Positions 38,376 through 49,051 of a stretch of DNA of 64,000 nt are shown here, piece by piece. Source of the DNA: an uncultured Granulicatella sp. (GTDB lineage: Bacteria > Bacillota > Bacilli > Lactobacillales > Aerococcaceae); contig NZ_CAUUHX010000002.1 of the NCBI RefSeq assembly GCF_963545075.1, positions 954 through 64,953 on the forward strand, written 5' to 3'. Under the pieces are notes generated by a model. The model did not search any database. It was not told where the DNA came from and saw nothing but the letters and a program-made list of their open reading frames with translations. A program made the position numbers and the translations under genes. Within the stretch, counting starts at the first letter, position 1; each line of letters opens with the position of its first letter.

Positions 38376-38939
38376 TTATTGAGAGACGATAACCATCGCT
38401 GGTCTTAAGACACGGTCTTTCAACATATAGCCTTTTTGAAATACTTGAACAACAACATCACTTTCTTGTCCTTCTTCAGCTGGAATCGCTTGAACAGCGT
38501 GATGTTTATTAGGGTCAAATGGTTGATTTAATGCTTCAATTTCTTCAATACCTTCTTCTTTTAGGGCATATAAGAAACCTTCATATACCATTTCAATCCC
38601 TTTTTTAAGATTTTTCGCTTCTTCTGATTCACTAGGTGAGGCAATCGCTCTTTCTAGATTATCAATGACATTCAATAAGTTTTGTGCTAGAGATTGACTA
38701 CGATACTTCGCTGCATCTTGTCTTTCTTTTGCATTTCTTTTTTGAATATTCGCAATTTCTGCAGATAAGCGATATACTTGGTCATTTAATTGAGAAACTT
38801 CTTGTTGTAATTTTTCTTCAACAGAAGGTTCTTCCTCAACGGTTTCTTCGACAGTTTCTTGAAACTCTTCTGTTTCAGGAGATTTCTCTTCTTCTACTTC
38901 TTGAGTTTGTTGAACGTCTTTTTCTTCATTTGTTTCCAA
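38376..38939 (-). CDS. grpE: Nucleotide exchange factor GrpE
   Basis: 187 aa. Acidic N-terminus, coiled coil and a C-terminal FDPNKHHAV...GYMLKDRVLRPAMV. Confidence 0.95.
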   Translation of the reverse strand: METNEEKDVQQTQEVEEEKSPETEEFQETVEETVEEEPSVEEKLQQEVSQLNDQVYRLSAEIANIQKRNAKERQDAAKYRSQSLAQNLLNVIDNLERAIASPSESEEAKNLKKGIEMVYEGFLYALKEEGIEEIEALNQPFDPNKHHAVQAIPAEEGQESDVVVQVFQKGYMLKDRVLRPAMVIVSQ

Positions 38940-38953
38940 GCTTCCATCTCCTT

Positions 38954-39994
38954 TTATAAATTTTTATAATATTGCTCCATTGTTGTTGTGAGCTCTTCTT
39001 GTAATCCTTTGACAATCGATAGGACATTCGAATACGGCATATTTTTAGGTCCTAATAAAGCAATAATTCCTTTATCGTGTTTTGGAGTTTCATAGCTTGC
39101 TGTAATAATACTAAATTCTCCTAATAATGGATCATTCATCTCAGACCCTAAACGAATTTGGATATCTCGGTTAGAAGGCATCACTAATTCGTGCATCTTC
39201 GATTGGTCATCCATTAATCGATAGATTTCTTTTAAATGATGGACATTAGCATGTGAGTCGAAGTAGTTTAATAAATATCTTCTTCCTGCAACATGGAGTC
39301 TATCTTGTTCAAATTGGTTCATCATATCTTGAATCACTTTAACAATTTGAATTTGAGAATTCATATATCGATTCATTAAAGCTGGTAAATCAGACTTCAA
39401 ACGTTGGAGAACTGTTTCTAGTGGCAAGCCAATCAATTCCTCATTAATAATTCGAACGACTTTATCTAAGTCGGAATCATCAATCGCACTTGGAATCGAG
39501 TACACTTTATTTTCAACTAAACCATTGCTCATGACTAAAATCGCCATTACTTGGTTTAGCCCTAGTCGAACAAGTCGAAATCCAGATAATGTAGCACTCC
39601 TTACTTCGGGTCCAATGGAAATCGTTGTGTAATTCGTGAGTGTCGACAAAATATCTGCCGAAACTTTAAAAACATCTTGAATTTCCATGGTCGATTGTTG
39701 GAAAGTTTCACGGATTTGATTACGAATACTTAATGAAACTGGACTGTTTTGAACAGGTAAAATATTATCTAAATAATATCGATACCCCTGATTCGATGGA
39801 ACACGTCCTGAAGAGGTATGGTTCTTTTCAAGATATCCCATCTCTTCTAGCTTCATCATTTCATTTCGAATGGTTGCAGAGCTAACTGCTAAACCCGTTT
39901 GCTGCATCAACTTTTTTGATCCAACTGGTTCTAATGTTTCCGTATATAGTTGAATAATCGATTGTAAGATTAGCAATTGTCTATCGGTTAACAT
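38954..39994 (-). CDS. hrcA: Heat-inducible repressor HrcA
   Basis: MLTDRQLLILQSII...VGSKKL wHTH. I chose the ATG at 39994, which has a GAGAGG RBS; the ORF track starts at GTG 40003. Confidence 0.93.
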   Translation of the reverse strand: MLTDRQLLILQSIIQLYTETLEPVGSKKLMQQTGLAVSSATIRNEMMKLEEMGYLEKNHTSSGRVPSNQGYRYYLDNILPVQNSPVSLSIRNQIRETFQQSTMEIQDVFKVSADILSTLTNYTTISIGPEVRSATLSGFRLVRLGLNQVMAILVMSNGLVENKVYSIPSAIDDSDLDKVVRIINEELIGLPLETVLQRLKSDLPALMNRYMNSQIQIVKVIQDMMNQFEQDRLHVAGRRYLLNYFDSHANVHHLKEIYRLMDDQSKMHELVMPSNRDIQIRLGSEMNDPLLGEFSIITASYETPKHDKGIIALLGPKNMPYSNVLSIVKGLQEELTTTMEQYYKNL

Positions 39995-40009
39995 TTTGGT
40001 CACCTCTCT

Positions 40010-40036
40010 TTAGCACTTGACTAAGACGAGTGCTAA
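40010..40036 (-). promoter_or_regulatory. CIRCE operator (HrcA binding site), with a putative sigma-A promoter just upstream
   Basis: TTAGCACTT-N9-GAGTGCTAA versus the consensus TTAGCACTC-N9-GAGTGCTAA. On the minus strand, TTGACT (40075-40070), a 17-nt spacer and TAAATT (40052-40047) precede it. Confidence 0.9.
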
Positions 40037-40125
40037 CCACATGTATAATTTATCATATTGGTCAAATTAAGTCAATAATAAAACACTCAGACTTTAGTCT
40101 GATTTTAAAAATAATTTATATAGAA

Positions 40126-40166
40126 CAAAAAAGGCTATGTATCGGGATTTCTCCTTTACATAGCCT
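40126..40166 (-). terminator. Terminator after the racemase-like gene and repeat copy
   Basis: Minus strand: AGGCTATGTA-N15-TACATAGCCT followed by TTTTTTG. Confidence 0.7.
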
Positions 40167-40176
40167 AAAATAAATA

Positions 40177-40288
40177 GACTGTAATATGTAGTAGCAAGGT
40201 CGCAAGCAGCCAGCTAAAGCTGTCTCATTGCTAAAAATTAAGCCTAAGGTCTTAATTTTTCCCTATAGTCTGCTACTACATAATAGTC
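40177..40288 (-). repeat. Palindromic element, intermediate form, inverted orientation
   Basis: Reverse complement reads GACTATTATGTAGTAGC...TTAAGACCTTAGGCTTAA-TTTTTAGCAATGAGA-CAGC-TTTA-GCTG-GCTGCTTGCGACC-TTGCTACTACATATTACAGTC. Ends 20 nt from the stop at 40309. Confidence 0.75.
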
Positions 40289-40308
40289 TTATATTTATAA
40301 TTTTAACT

Positions 40309-40959
40309 TTATACTAATTTCTCTTTTAATGTTCTGACCATATATTCTCCTACGTCAATAATTGGGAGTTTGGTCAAACTTTCTAATTCTTCTTTGATAT
40401 AAGGAAAATGAGTACATCCTAAAATGACTGCTTCTACATTGCTTCCATTAAAAAATGAAAACAAACTGCTAAAGTCAAACTTTGTTGCAATTTCTTTTGG
40501 AGTTAGATTAGCTTCAATAGATTTGACTAATTCAAGTAACGTAATTCCGATGACTTGTAAACTTGGATTTGCTTTATATAAATTATTCTCCACTCCCATT
40601 AATCCATGAGAGTTTGCTGCCATAACAGCCACTTGTTGATAATCCATTGCTAATTGACGATACATTTGCATTGGCGTAATCATTGGCATCTCATACTCCT
40701 GAGATAATTGATCAAAATCTACTACCGAACTAAGAGAATTACAATATACAAAAATGGCATCATATTCGGCTCTAAGTTCTTCAACCTTTTCTCTCATAAA
40801 AGCCATTCGATATTCACTAGATGAAGATTGAAAAGTTGTTTGTTCAATCGGATTATTCGAAATAGGAACGGGCAAAATATCGACAAAGCCATGCTTTTCT
40901 AATAATTCCTTTCCTAATCTTGAATCAACAGGAGTTCCACCCATTACTGCAATTTTCAT
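40309..40959 (-). CDS. Asp/Glu/hydantoin racemase family protein
   Basis: MKIAVMGGTPVD start (ATG 40959, AGAGGTG RBS). VYCNSLSS and ILGCTHFPYI are the two catalytic Cys motifs. Confidence 0.7.
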   Translation of the reverse strand: MKIAVMGGTPVDSRLGKELLEKHGFVDILPVPISNNPIEQTTFQSSSSEYRMAFMREKVEELRAEYDAIFVYCNSLSSVVDFDQLSQEYEMPMITPMQMYRQLAMDYQQVAVMAANSHGLMGVENNLYKANPSLQVIGITLLELVKSIEANLTPKEIATKFDFSSLFSFFNGSNVEAVILGCTHFPYIKEELESLTKLPIIDVGEYMVRTLKEKLV

Positions 40960-41045
40960 CTCTATCACCTCTTTAACACTTTTTGCTAGTGTAACATAGG
41001 ATAGTAGAAATGGAAACAGAAGCGAATTTCTTTTATTTTAAGAAA

Positions 41046-41258
41046 CTATTTTTTATTATTTTGTTTACTTTTCTCTTTGTTTAATCTATACAGCTCAAAA
41101 CCTGTATAAAAAATTTGAAAATAAATTTGATGAGGAATTCGATTCTTAAAGTATTCAGTAAAATATGCTAAGAAAACGATAATGATATTTGTAACTGTTA
41201 TAAGTAAGAACCTTTTAGAATGTAACAATAATGATGCATACTCTTTAAAATTTCCCAT
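41046..41258 (-). CDS. Small membrane protein (70 aa) downstream of the Rgg-like regulator
   Basis: One or two TM segments and a basic C-terminus. Has its own AT-rich promoter-like region and a purine-rich RBS. Confidence 0.4.
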   Translation of the reverse strand: MGNFKEYASLLLHSKRFLLITVTNIIIVFLAYFTEYFKNRIPHQIYFQIFYTGFELYRLNKEKSKQNNKK

Positions 41259-41357
41259 ATAATAACTCTTCTTTCTTATAAGGATTTTATTTACAATTAA
41301 ATTTTAACAGTTATTAAAATAAAGAGTATAATACAATCAAATTTATGGATAAACAAC

Positions 41358-42218
41358 TTAAGCATTCTCTTCCGTAAACTTCTTCAATACTTTCTGATGT
41401 TCAATAGCTTTTGAAATATCATTCATGAAATAGAAATATTCGATACACTTCTTACATAATTTCTCTCCTTCATCTCTATTTTTTGTACCAATTAAATAGA
41501 GTCCTTTGAAAAATTTACATTGATTCTTTTCATAATATAATTCTGTATCATTTAAATGCTTTTCAATGATATCTATGACTTCTATTGCAGAATTAAAATT
41601 ATTATCCTTCAAATCTGCATAACAAACATTCAATAAAATTCGAGAAAAAATCTCAGTATAATTTTTATCCGAATAAAATAATTGACTCTTTCGATTTATC
41701 ATTTTCACTAATTTGTGTCTCATATCTGATGACATAAATCCTACAAAATTACCAATTAAACTAATTTCATAACGTCCACATTCATCAACAGTTAAGATAT
41801 AATGAATAATTTCCTGAATATCATGATGATTAAATGGAGTGTTAGAAAATTTATCAATATAAGCCTTTAATAGAATGACATTATGTTTATGTCGAATATT
41901 ATTTGATTTACTTTTTAATTCAATTTCCCGAGTTAATAATTCGTTTAATAAGTACAAATCATTATTGGCTACTGCAATAGATAAGTCTTTTAAAAAAGTA
42001 GATTGGTTATTTTGCGTCTTATCTAAGAGTAATTCAAATTCAAAAAGTGAAATATTTAATCTATCTAATAGTTTCAATAAAGTTTGAAAAGATACATCAT
42101 TTTCACCACGTTCAATTTTTGATAAATGATTTTTGGATAAAATTCCATCTGATAAATCAGATTGGGAAACTCCTTTTTCTTTTCTTAAAGATTTTAGTAA
42201 ATAACCGTATTGATTCAT
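41358..42218 (-). CDS. Rgg/MutR-family (RNPP-type) transcriptional regulator
   Basis: XRE HTH: MNQYGYLLKSLRKEKGVSQSDLSDGILSKNHLSKIERGENDVSFQTLLKLLDRLNISLFEF, followed by a helical repeat domain. An alternative start lies at 42239. Confidence 0.7.
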   Translation of the reverse strand: MNQYGYLLKSLRKEKGVSQSDLSDGILSKNHLSKIERGENDVSFQTLLKLLDRLNISLFEFELLLDKTQNNQSTFLKDLSIAVANNDLYLLNELLTREIELKSKSNNIRHKHNVILLKAYIDKFSNTPFNHHDIQEIIHYILTVDECGRYEISLIGNFVGFMSSDMRHKLVKMINRKSQLFYSDKNYTEIFSRILLNVCYADLKDNNFNSAIEVIDIIEKHLNDTELYYEKNQCKFFKGLYLIGTKNRDEGEKLCKKCIEYFYFMNDISKAIEHQKVLKKFTEENA

Positions 42219-42299
42219 AACTTCACATCCACTACTCATATTTGATTACATTTTCATCATTTTATCACAAACAGAAGGAAATTCTACATCTATTTCAAT

Positions 42300-42334
42300 A
42301 AAAAAATAACAGTTCGCAAATGCAAACTGTTATT
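42300..42334 (-). terminator. Terminator after efp
   Basis: Minus strand: ATAACAGTT-N10-AACTGTTAT followed by T7. Confidence 0.75.
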
Positions 42335-42348
42335 CTTCATTTTATTCA

Positions 42349-42912
42349 TTATTTAGTTGCACGACGTACGTATGTACCTTCTGAAGTGTTAACTTCTAAG
42401 TACTCGCCAGCTTCGATGAAGTCTGGAACGTTTACGACTAAACCTGTTTCCATAGTTGCTGGTTTACCAGAACCTGTAACAGTAGCACCTTTAATTGATG
42501 GTTGAGTTTCTGTTACTTGTAACACAACTGTTGAAGGTAATGAAACCCCAATAACTTCTGTTCCGTAGAATTGGATTTTAACTTCCATGTTTTCCAAAAT
42601 GTATTTCAATTCGTTTTCGATTGTTTCTTCTGGAATTTCATATTGTTCATAGCTTTCTAAGTCCATGAATACACCAACGTTATCTTGGCTGTATAAGTAT
42701 TGAACGTCTTTAGTATCAATGTGTGCACGTTCTACTTTTTCATCAGGTCTCATTGTAGTATCTACTGTTGATCCGTTACGAACGTCACGGATTTTCATAC
42801 GCATTACAGTATTTCCTTTACCTGGTTTGTGGTGGCTGATTTCCAACACTTTAATTAATTTTCCATCAAGAATGAAAGTCATTCCTGCTTTTAAATCACT
42901 TACGTTAATCAT
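42349..42912 (-). CDS. efp: Elongation factor P
   Basis: 187 aa. [16 protein letters not shown] loop carrying the conserved Lys. Confidence 0.97.
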   Translation of the reverse strand: MINVSDLKAGMTFILDGKLIKVLEISHHKPGKGNTVMRMKIRDVRNGSTVDTTMRPDEKVERAHIDTKDVQYLYSQDNVGVFMDLESYEQYEIPEETIENELKYILENMEVKIQFYGTEVIGVSLPSTVVLQVTETQPSIKGATVTGSGKPATMETGLVVNVPDFIEAGEYLEVNTSEGTYVRRATK

Positions 42913-42973
42913 GTTAACTCTCCTTCATATTTTGTTTACTATACGTTTATACCATATTTTTTAGAAAAATGCA

Positions 42974-44269
42974 CTAGTCAAGTCCAACTCTATGGAAAAT
43001 TTCATCAACTTGTCGAATATGATAGTAATAATCAAAGGCATCATTCAACTCTTCTGCACTTAAATGTGACATAATTTCTTCGTGGTTCTCAATAATTTCT
43101 CTAAAGGAACGTTGTTCATCCCAAGCTAATGCTGTACATGGTTGTACTAAGTCATAAGCTTTTTCACGGCTTAATCCTTTATCGATTAATTTTAATAGAA
43201 CACGTTGGCTATAAATTAATCCAAATGTTGCATCCATATTTTTAAGCATTCGATCAGGAAAAACCGTTAAGTTTTTAACAATATTACCAAAACGATTTAA
43301 CATATAATTTAATAAAATCGTGCTATCTGGAATAATGATTCGTTCGGCTGAAGAATGCGAAATATCTCTTTCATGCCATAAATTAACATTTTCATACGCT
43401 GTTACCATATGTCCACGAATCACTCTTGATAAGCCAGCCATATTTTCTGAACCAATTGGGTTTCTCTTGTGCGGCATTGCTGAAGATCCTTTTTGACCTT
43501 TTGCAAAAAATTCTTCCACTTCACGTGTTTCTGATTTTTGCAAGCCTCGAATTTCAGTCGCAAATTTTTCAATACTAGTTGCAATTAAAGCAATCGTTGA
43601 AATGTAATCTGCATGTAAATCTCTCGATAAGATTTGTGTTGAAATTTCTTGTGGACGAATTTGTAACTGCCCACATACATATGCTTCTACTGAAGTTGGA
43701 ATATTGGCAAAAGTTCCAACGGCTCCACTAATTTTACCAGCTTCTACCCCTTGGGCAGCACGCTCAAATCGTTCAATATTGCGTTTCATTTCTGAATACC
43801 AAAGTGCTAATTTTAACCCAAAAGTCGTAGGCTCTGCATGTACACCATGCGTTCTTCCCATACATACCGTATATTTATGTTCCAGCGCTTTTTGTTGAAT
43901 AATTTCTAGGAAATGTCTTAAATCTTTTCTTAAAATATCATTCGCTTGTTTTAATTGATAACCATAGGCAGTATCCACTACATCCGTACTTGTTAAACCA
44001 TAGTGAACCCATTTACGTTCTTCTCCTAAAGTTTCACTAACCGCACGAGTAAAGGCTACAACATCGTGTCTTGTTTCTTCTTCAATTTCTAAAATTCTGT
44101 CCACTGAAAAACTAGCATGGTCACGAATTTTTTGAACATCATCTTTAGGAATCTCTCCTAACTCTGCCCAAGCTTCGCAAGCTAAAATCTCAACTTCTAA
44201 CCAACAACGATAACGATTTTCATCTGACCAAATATTAGCCATTTCTGGTCTGGTGTAACGAGTAATCAT
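42974..44269 (-). CDS. purB: Adenylosuccinate lyase
   Basis: 431 aa. Fumarate-lyase signature [11 protein letters not shown]. Confidence 0.96.
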   Translation of the reverse strand: MITRYTRPEMANIWSDENRYRCWLEVEILACEAWAELGEIPKDDVQKIRDHASFSVDRILEIEEETRHDVVAFTRAVSETLGEERKWVHYGLTSTDVVDTAYGYQLKQANDILRKDLRHFLEIIQQKALEHKYTVCMGRTHGVHAEPTTFGLKLALWYSEMKRNIERFERAAQGVEAGKISGAVGTFANIPTSVEAYVCGQLQIRPQEISTQILSRDLHADYISTIALIATSIEKFATEIRGLQKSETREVEEFFAKGQKGSSAMPHKRNPIGSENMAGLSRVIRGHMVTAYENVNLWHERDISHSSAERIIIPDSTILLNYMLNRFGNIVKNLTVFPDRMLKNMDATFGLIYSQRVLLKLIDKGLSREKAYDLVQPCTALAWDEQRSFREIIENHEEIMSHLSAEELNDAFDYYYHIRQVDEIFHRVGLD

Positions 44270-44280
44270 ACAAATGCCTC

Positions 44281-44712
44281 CTATTTTAAAATCATATCCA
44301 TATGTTCAATTCCAACTAGCTGATAAGGTTGTGACCACACTTCGAAGCCTAATGACTCATAGAATTGTTGTAAATACGTTTGTGCATGAATCATAATTGG
44401 TTGATCGACATACCATTCTTGACAAATTTCTATCGCTCTTTCCATTAGAGCTGTCCCTTTTCCTTGTCTACGATAAGCTTCATCAACAAGGACACGTCCG
44501 ATATGAGCGCCATCTACTTCTTGGAAAATTCGTAAATAAGCAATCACTTTTCCAGATTCATCAGTTTCAAATAAATGCCACGCTCTTTTATCAATTTCAT
44601 CCACTTCTTGATAATTTAATTGTTGTTCCACAATAAAGGTCTGAATTCTTGCTTTATAAATTTCAATGACTTCTGTTTTCGATAATTCGTCAAAATTTTT
44701 CAAGTACCACAT
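44281..44712 (-). CDS. GNAT family N-acetyltransferase (ElaA-like)
   Basis: 143 aa. Acetyl-CoA motif [15 protein letters not shown]. Confidence 0.8.
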   Translation of the reverse strand: MWYLKNFDELSKTEVIEIYKARIQTFIVEQQLNYQEVDEIDKRAWHLFETDESGKVIAYLRIFQEVDGAHIGRVLVDEAYRRQGKGTALMERAIEICQEWYVDQPIMIHAQTYLQQFYESLGFEVWSQPYQLVGIEHMDMILK

Positions 44713-44724
44713 ATTTTTCCCCTA

Positions 44725-45666
44725 TTATTTTTCAAAATATTTTTTAGTATTTAATTCATCCTCTTTTAATTGAGCAATCAGTGCCTCTACTCCATCGAAT
44801 TTTAATTCGTCTCGTAAATAATGCAACCATTTTACTCTTACTGGGAATTCATAAATATCTCTTTGGAAATCTAAAATATAGACTTCAATCGTAATTTTTG
44901 TGACATCATTAAAAGTTGGATTCACACCAATTGAAGCCATCGCAGGATACCATTTGTCTTCAACTTGAATTTCTACAATGTAAACACCATTTTTCAATAA
45001 ATACGTATCCGTTGAAACATCAATATTTGCTGTTGGAAATCCTAATAAGGCACTTCCACGTCCAAAACCATGAACCACTTTTCCAATCATCGTATATTCA
45101 TAGCCTAATAGTGCATTTGCTTCTTCAATTTGACCTGTTTCTAAATATTGTCGAATAGCGGTTGACCCAATTTTTTCTTCTTCAGTATGTTGTTCTGAGA
45201 TTGTTACAATCGAGAATCTTTCTTTTGCATATGTCGGTAATAATTCCATATTCGCAATATCTTTTTTCCCATAAGTGTAATCAAATCCTGCTACAACTGC
45301 TACAGCATTTAGCCCAACCATATATTGATTCACAAACTCTTGCGGACTTAATGAAGCAAATTCTTTTGTAAAATCAATAACGTAAAAAATATCTACTCCA
45401 AATTCTTCTAATAATTCTACCTTTCTTTCAAAAGGAGAAAGATATTGTAATTCGTCTGGGTGTGCTCCTTGGAATATAATCGAAGGATGATGGTCAAATG
45501 ACATTAACGCTAATTTAACGCCTAGTTCTTGAGCTTTTTCCTTTGCTTGTTGAATCACTTCCTGATGTCCTAAATGAATGCCATCAAAAAATCCAAGTGC
45601 CAACACAATCGGTTCTTGAACAATTTGAGAAGACTCATAAGGATGGGTGATTTTTATAATTTGCAT
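44725..45666 (-). CDS. ribF: Bifunctional riboflavin kinase / FAD synthetase
   Basis: 313 aa. GFFDGIHLGHQ nucleotidyltransferase motif and a C-terminal riboflavin kinase region (GFPTANI). Confidence 0.95.
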   Translation of the reverse strand: MQIIKITHPYESSQIVQEPIVLALGFFDGIHLGHQEVIQQAKEKAQELGVKLALMSFDHHPSIIFQGAHPDELQYLSPFERKVELLEEFGVDIFYVIDFTKEFASLSPQEFVNQYMVGLNAVAVVAGFDYTYGKKDIANMELLPTYAKERFSIVTISEQHTEEEKIGSTAIRQYLETGQIEEANALLGYEYTMIGKVVHGFGRGSALLGFPTANIDVSTDTYLLKNGVYIVEIQVEDKWYPAMASIGVNPTFNDVTKITIEVYILDFQRDIYEFPVRVKWLHYLRDELKFDGVEALIAQLKEDELNTKKYFEK

Positions 45667-45681
45667 GTTATCTCTCTTTCC

Positions 45682-46584
45682 TTAAAACATTTTAATCGGT
45701 TTTAATAGTCCTTTTTTTTCAGGATGAGGTCCATATAAGGCTATTAATTCACCTTCAATATAAAAAGTTGAAGGTTCTATCACTTGTGGTAATTCTGCTA
45801 TTGTTAAAATGGCTCCATTTTTTACTTTTGTAATAAACTCCTCTGGAACATCTACCCTAGGGTATGTTTCAAACACTTCTTCTAAAGGACGAAGAATGGA
45901 TTGTGCTTGATTTTGTTCTACAAAAGCTTCTAATTGTGATAAGGTCACACATTGTTCTGAAACAAATGGTCCACTTTTAATACGAGTTAATTGAGACATA
46001 TGAGCAGGAACGCCTAGTTTTTCTCCTAAATCAACTGCTAATGTTCGAACATAAGTCCCTTTACTGCAGCTAACTTCAAATGTCCATTTTTGTGTTTTAG
46101 TAACTTCATCATAAACAGGAGTCGAAGTTCGTTTAAACTCGTAAATTTTCACTCTTCTTTCTGGACGTTCTACAGGTACCCCTTTACGAGCATATTCGTA
46201 CAGTCTTTTACCATTGACTTTTACAGCAGAATACATTGGTGGGATTTGAATAATTTCTCCCTTGAAAGTTTCCATCATGGCATCAATTTCTTCAATTGTA
46301 AATGGAGAAATAATCTCTTCTTGCTTCACGATTTCTCCATGTGCATCTTCTGTTTCAGTTGCGATTCCTAAACAGATTTCTCCTTGATAGACTTTATTAG
46401 ATTCTAATAAATACTCTACCACTTTTGTTGCTTTTCCAATACAAATTGGTAAAACACCATCTACTTCTGGATCTAAAGTTCCTGAATGCCCTACTTTTTT
46501 CGTTTGTAATAAGCGTCTCACTTTAAAGACACAGTCGAATGAAGTCATTCCTTTTTCTTTCCATAATGGTAAAATTCCGTCCAT
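45682..46584 (-). CDS. truB: tRNA pseudouridine(55) synthase
   Basis: 300 aa. VGHSGTLDPEVDGVL with the catalytic Asp. Confidence 0.95.
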   Translation of the reverse strand: MDGILPLWKEKGMTSFDCVFKVRRLLQTKKVGHSGTLDPEVDGVLPICIGKATKVVEYLLESNKVYQGEICLGIATETEDAHGEIVKQEEIISPFTIEEIDAMMETFKGEIIQIPPMYSAVKVNGKRLYEYARKGVPVERPERRVKIYEFKRTSTPVYDEVTKTQKWTFEVSCSKGTYVRTLAVDLGEKLGVPAHMSQLTRIKSGPFVSEQCVTLSQLEAFVEQNQAQSILRPLEEVFETYPRVDVPEEFITKVKNGAILTIAELPQVIEPSTFYIEGELIALYGPHPEKKGLLKPIKMF

Positions 46585-46768
46585 TGATTTCTTCCTTTTT
46601 CAATAAATTTAACTTAATAACCTTTCATATTTTATCATAGATTTCCTTAAAAACAAACAAATCCTATGCTAGAACAAGTTGCTATTCTCAGTAAAAAATA
46701 TTAATGCTAGGCGTTTGATAAAAAAATATGCTATGATAGAAATACATTAAGTTAAAAGGAGTGACAAC

Positions 46769-47614
46769 ATGTCTCGTATAATGATAGTGACAGATTCAAC
46801 TGCTGATTTAACCGAACAAGAAATCCAAGATTTCAATATTCATGTAGTTCCATTAAATATTACAATTCAAGAGGAACATTATTTAGACGGTGAAACTATT
46901 ACAAAAGAAGAATTCAAAAATAAAATGATTACAAGTTCTGAATTACCAATGACTGCTCAACCTTCTATTGGTCGTTTTGTAGAACTTTATGATGAATTAG
47001 GAAAAGATGGATCGCAAATTATTTCGATTCACTTAATGAATTCGATTAGTGGAACTGTGAATGCTGCAAGACAAGCAGCTGACATTACGGAATCAACTGT
47101 AACGGTTGTTGATTCAGACTTCACTTCTCGTTCAATGGGAATTATTGTTCGTGAAGCTGCTCAAGCTGCAAAAGAAGGTAAGAGTGCTGAAGAAGTTTTA
47201 GCAGTTATTGAAAGTACTCGTCAACGTACGAAATTATATTTAACTGTTTTAAATTTAGATAATTTAATTAAGGGTGGCCGTATTAGTCGTGTCATGGGAG
47301 CTTTCTCTAATTTATTAAATATCAAACTGTTCTTAGAAGTTATTAATGGTAAAATTGAGATTGTTCAAAAAGGGAGAGGTTTAAAGTCTCTTCAGAAGAA
47401 ATATGATGAAGTTTTTGAGGAAATGAAAGCTTGCCCTACTGGGATTCAAGAAATTGGCATTATGCATGCTGGATTAAATGAGTTTAATCAGTCTCAAATT
47501 GATACTTTACGTGAGTTATTCCCAGAGGCTAAACTTACAATTGTAATGACTTCCCCAATTATTATGAGCCATACAGGTGTAGATGCGATGGCGGTTACTT
47601 ACCTAGAAAAATAA
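46769..47614 (+). CDS. DegV family fatty-acid-binding protein
   Basis: 281 aa. IVTDSTADL N-terminus and GTVNAARQAA. Confidence 0.9.
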   Translation: MSRIMIVTDSTADLTEQEIQDFNIHVVPLNITIQEEHYLDGETITKEEFKNKMITSSELPMTAQPSIGRFVELYDELGKDGSQIISIHLMNSISGTVNAARQAADITESTVTVVDSDFTSRSMGIIVREAAQAAKEGKSAEEVLAVIESTRQRTKLYLTVLNLDNLIKGGRISRVMGAFSNLLNIKLFLEVINGKIEIVQKGRGLKSLQKKYDEVFEEMKACPTGIQEIGIMHAGLNEFNQSQIDTLRELFPEAKLTIVMTSPIIMSHTGVDAMAVTYLEK

Positions 47615-47623
47615 ATTTAAATT

Positions 47624-47756
47624 GACTTTCAAATAGTAGCAAGGACGGCAGCAGCTTCGCGTAGCGAATCTCATGCCTAAATTTTGAGCCTTAGGTCTCA
47701 AAATTTCCTGAAAGATAAGCCTCTGGCTTATCTTTCCCATACTACTATAGGAAGTC
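47624..47756 (-). repeat. Palindromic element, long form, inverted orientation
   Basis: Reverse complement: GACTTCCTATAGTAGTATG-H1(GATAAGCC-AGA-GGCTTATC)-H2(TTTTGAGACCTAAGGCTCAAAA)-TTTAGGCATGAGA-H3(TTCGC-TAC-GCGAA)-GCTGCTGCCGTCC. Confidence 0.8.
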
Positions 47757-47770
47757 TTTTTCATTAAAAT

Positions 47771-47817
47771 AAGACAAACATCTTCTTAGTTTTTTCTTCT
47801 AAGTTGATGTTTGTCTT
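47771..47817. terminator. Bidirectional terminator between degV and the convergent membrane protein gene
   Basis: AAGACAAACATC-N23-GATGTTTGTCTT, a 12-bp stem, with a T-run after the stem on the plus strand (TTTTC) and A/T-rich sequence (ATTTTAAT) on the minus strand. Confidence 0.7.
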
Positions 47818-47822
47818 TTCTG

Positions 47823-48974
47823 TTACATGAGGAAGTTTCCTACTAATATTCCTATATACGTTCCTAATATATATCCTAATGTTCCTACTAACATAGTTGG
47901 TGCTACGAAGCGGTGCCAGCCTTTTGATACTGCCATGGCTGCTGCCGTTGTTGGACCACCAATGTTTGCATTGGATGCTAAAATAGCTTCTTCAATCGTA
48001 AAGCCAAATACTTTTGCCCCTAAGAAAGTTACGAACATATTTACAAAAACCATAATAGCACAGAACACTAAAAGTAATGGAGATTTTGCAATAATCGCCT
48101 CAATTGAAGCTGGAATCCCAATTACGACAAAGAATAAGTAAATTAAGAAAGTTCCAATTTCATTTGCTCCATGAATTTTCTTGAAAAATGAAGAAAATAA
48201 CGTTGAAGCTGCTACTGTTAAAGTTGTTAGAATCAAATATTTATTAGAAATAAATTGAACCACACTATTTTGTCCAAGAGTGGCAATTCCTTTTGATAAA
48301 CTAAAGCTTACTGTTACAATCACTACTGCTATCGCAAATACAAAAGCAATATCTTGTAAAGTCACAAGCGTTTTAGATTGAAATTCTTTTGAATCCTCTA
48401 CCTCTTCATTTGAATAAGCAGATTTAAAATGTTTTTTGAAAAATGCCATAGATGGAATCATTAATAAAATTAAGAAATAAAACACCATTAATAAATTATC
48501 CGCTACAGTAGCTGCAGAAATTAATTCCTTTGGAATATCAAAAGCAGTTGCTACTGCGACAAAGTTAACTCCTCCACCGATATAACTTCCAACCATCATT
48601 CCGGCAATATGATTCAACACCGGAATCATTTTTCCTAAGAAAGCATATCCTACTAAAGCCCCTAAAACAGTTCCGACAGAACTAATTAAGAAAATCATTA
48701 ATAGACGTCCGCTTTCCTTCCAAATTTGTTTTAAATCACATGTAAATAGCAACATTGGAATGGCTAATGGAACGACAATATCCCAGACTTGATCATAAAC
48801 AGGAGATTCAACAGGGATGATACCAACATTACTTAAAGTTGCTGCTGCTAATAAACCAATAATTGGACCACTAATTTTTGAAGCCCACTTATAATGATTT
48901 TCTAAATAAATACTTGCTGTTGCAATGACAATAATAATGGACCAAAGAATCCAAGTTTCATTTGCAGAAATCAT
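47823..48974 (-). CDS. Polytopic membrane protein (DUF819-like)
   Basis: 383 aa, about 11 TM. The family call is from memory of the N-terminal pattern only. Confidence 0.5.
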   Translation of the reverse strand: MISANETWILWSIIIVIATASIYLENHYKWASKISGPIIGLLAAATLSNVGIIPVESPVYDQVWDIVVPLAIPMLLFTCDLKQIWKESGRLLMIFLISSVGTVLGALVGYAFLGKMIPVLNHIAGMMVGSYIGGGVNFVAVATAFDIPKELISAATVADNLLMVFYFLILLMIPSMAFFKKHFKSAYSNEEVEDSKEFQSKTLVTLQDIAFVFAIAVVIVTVSFSLSKGIATLGQNSVVQFISNKYLILTTLTVAASTLFSSFFKKIHGANEIGTFLIYLFFVVIGIPASIEAIIAKSPLLLVFCAIMVFVNMFVTFLGAKVFGFTIEEAILASNANIGGPTTAAAMAVSKGWHRFVAPTMLVGTLGYILGTYIGILVGNFLM

Positions 48975-49051
48975 AGCACACCTCTTTTATTCATAGTGTA
49001 TTTATTATACCACAGATAGAAATTTTTTCACGATGTTATTGAAATAAATAA

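Noticed and set aside
42320-42505. 61-aa plus-strand ORF upstream of the Rgg-like gene as a pheromone or SHP candidate
   Set aside because: It starts inside the efp terminator hairpin, runs antisense through efp, and has no RBS.
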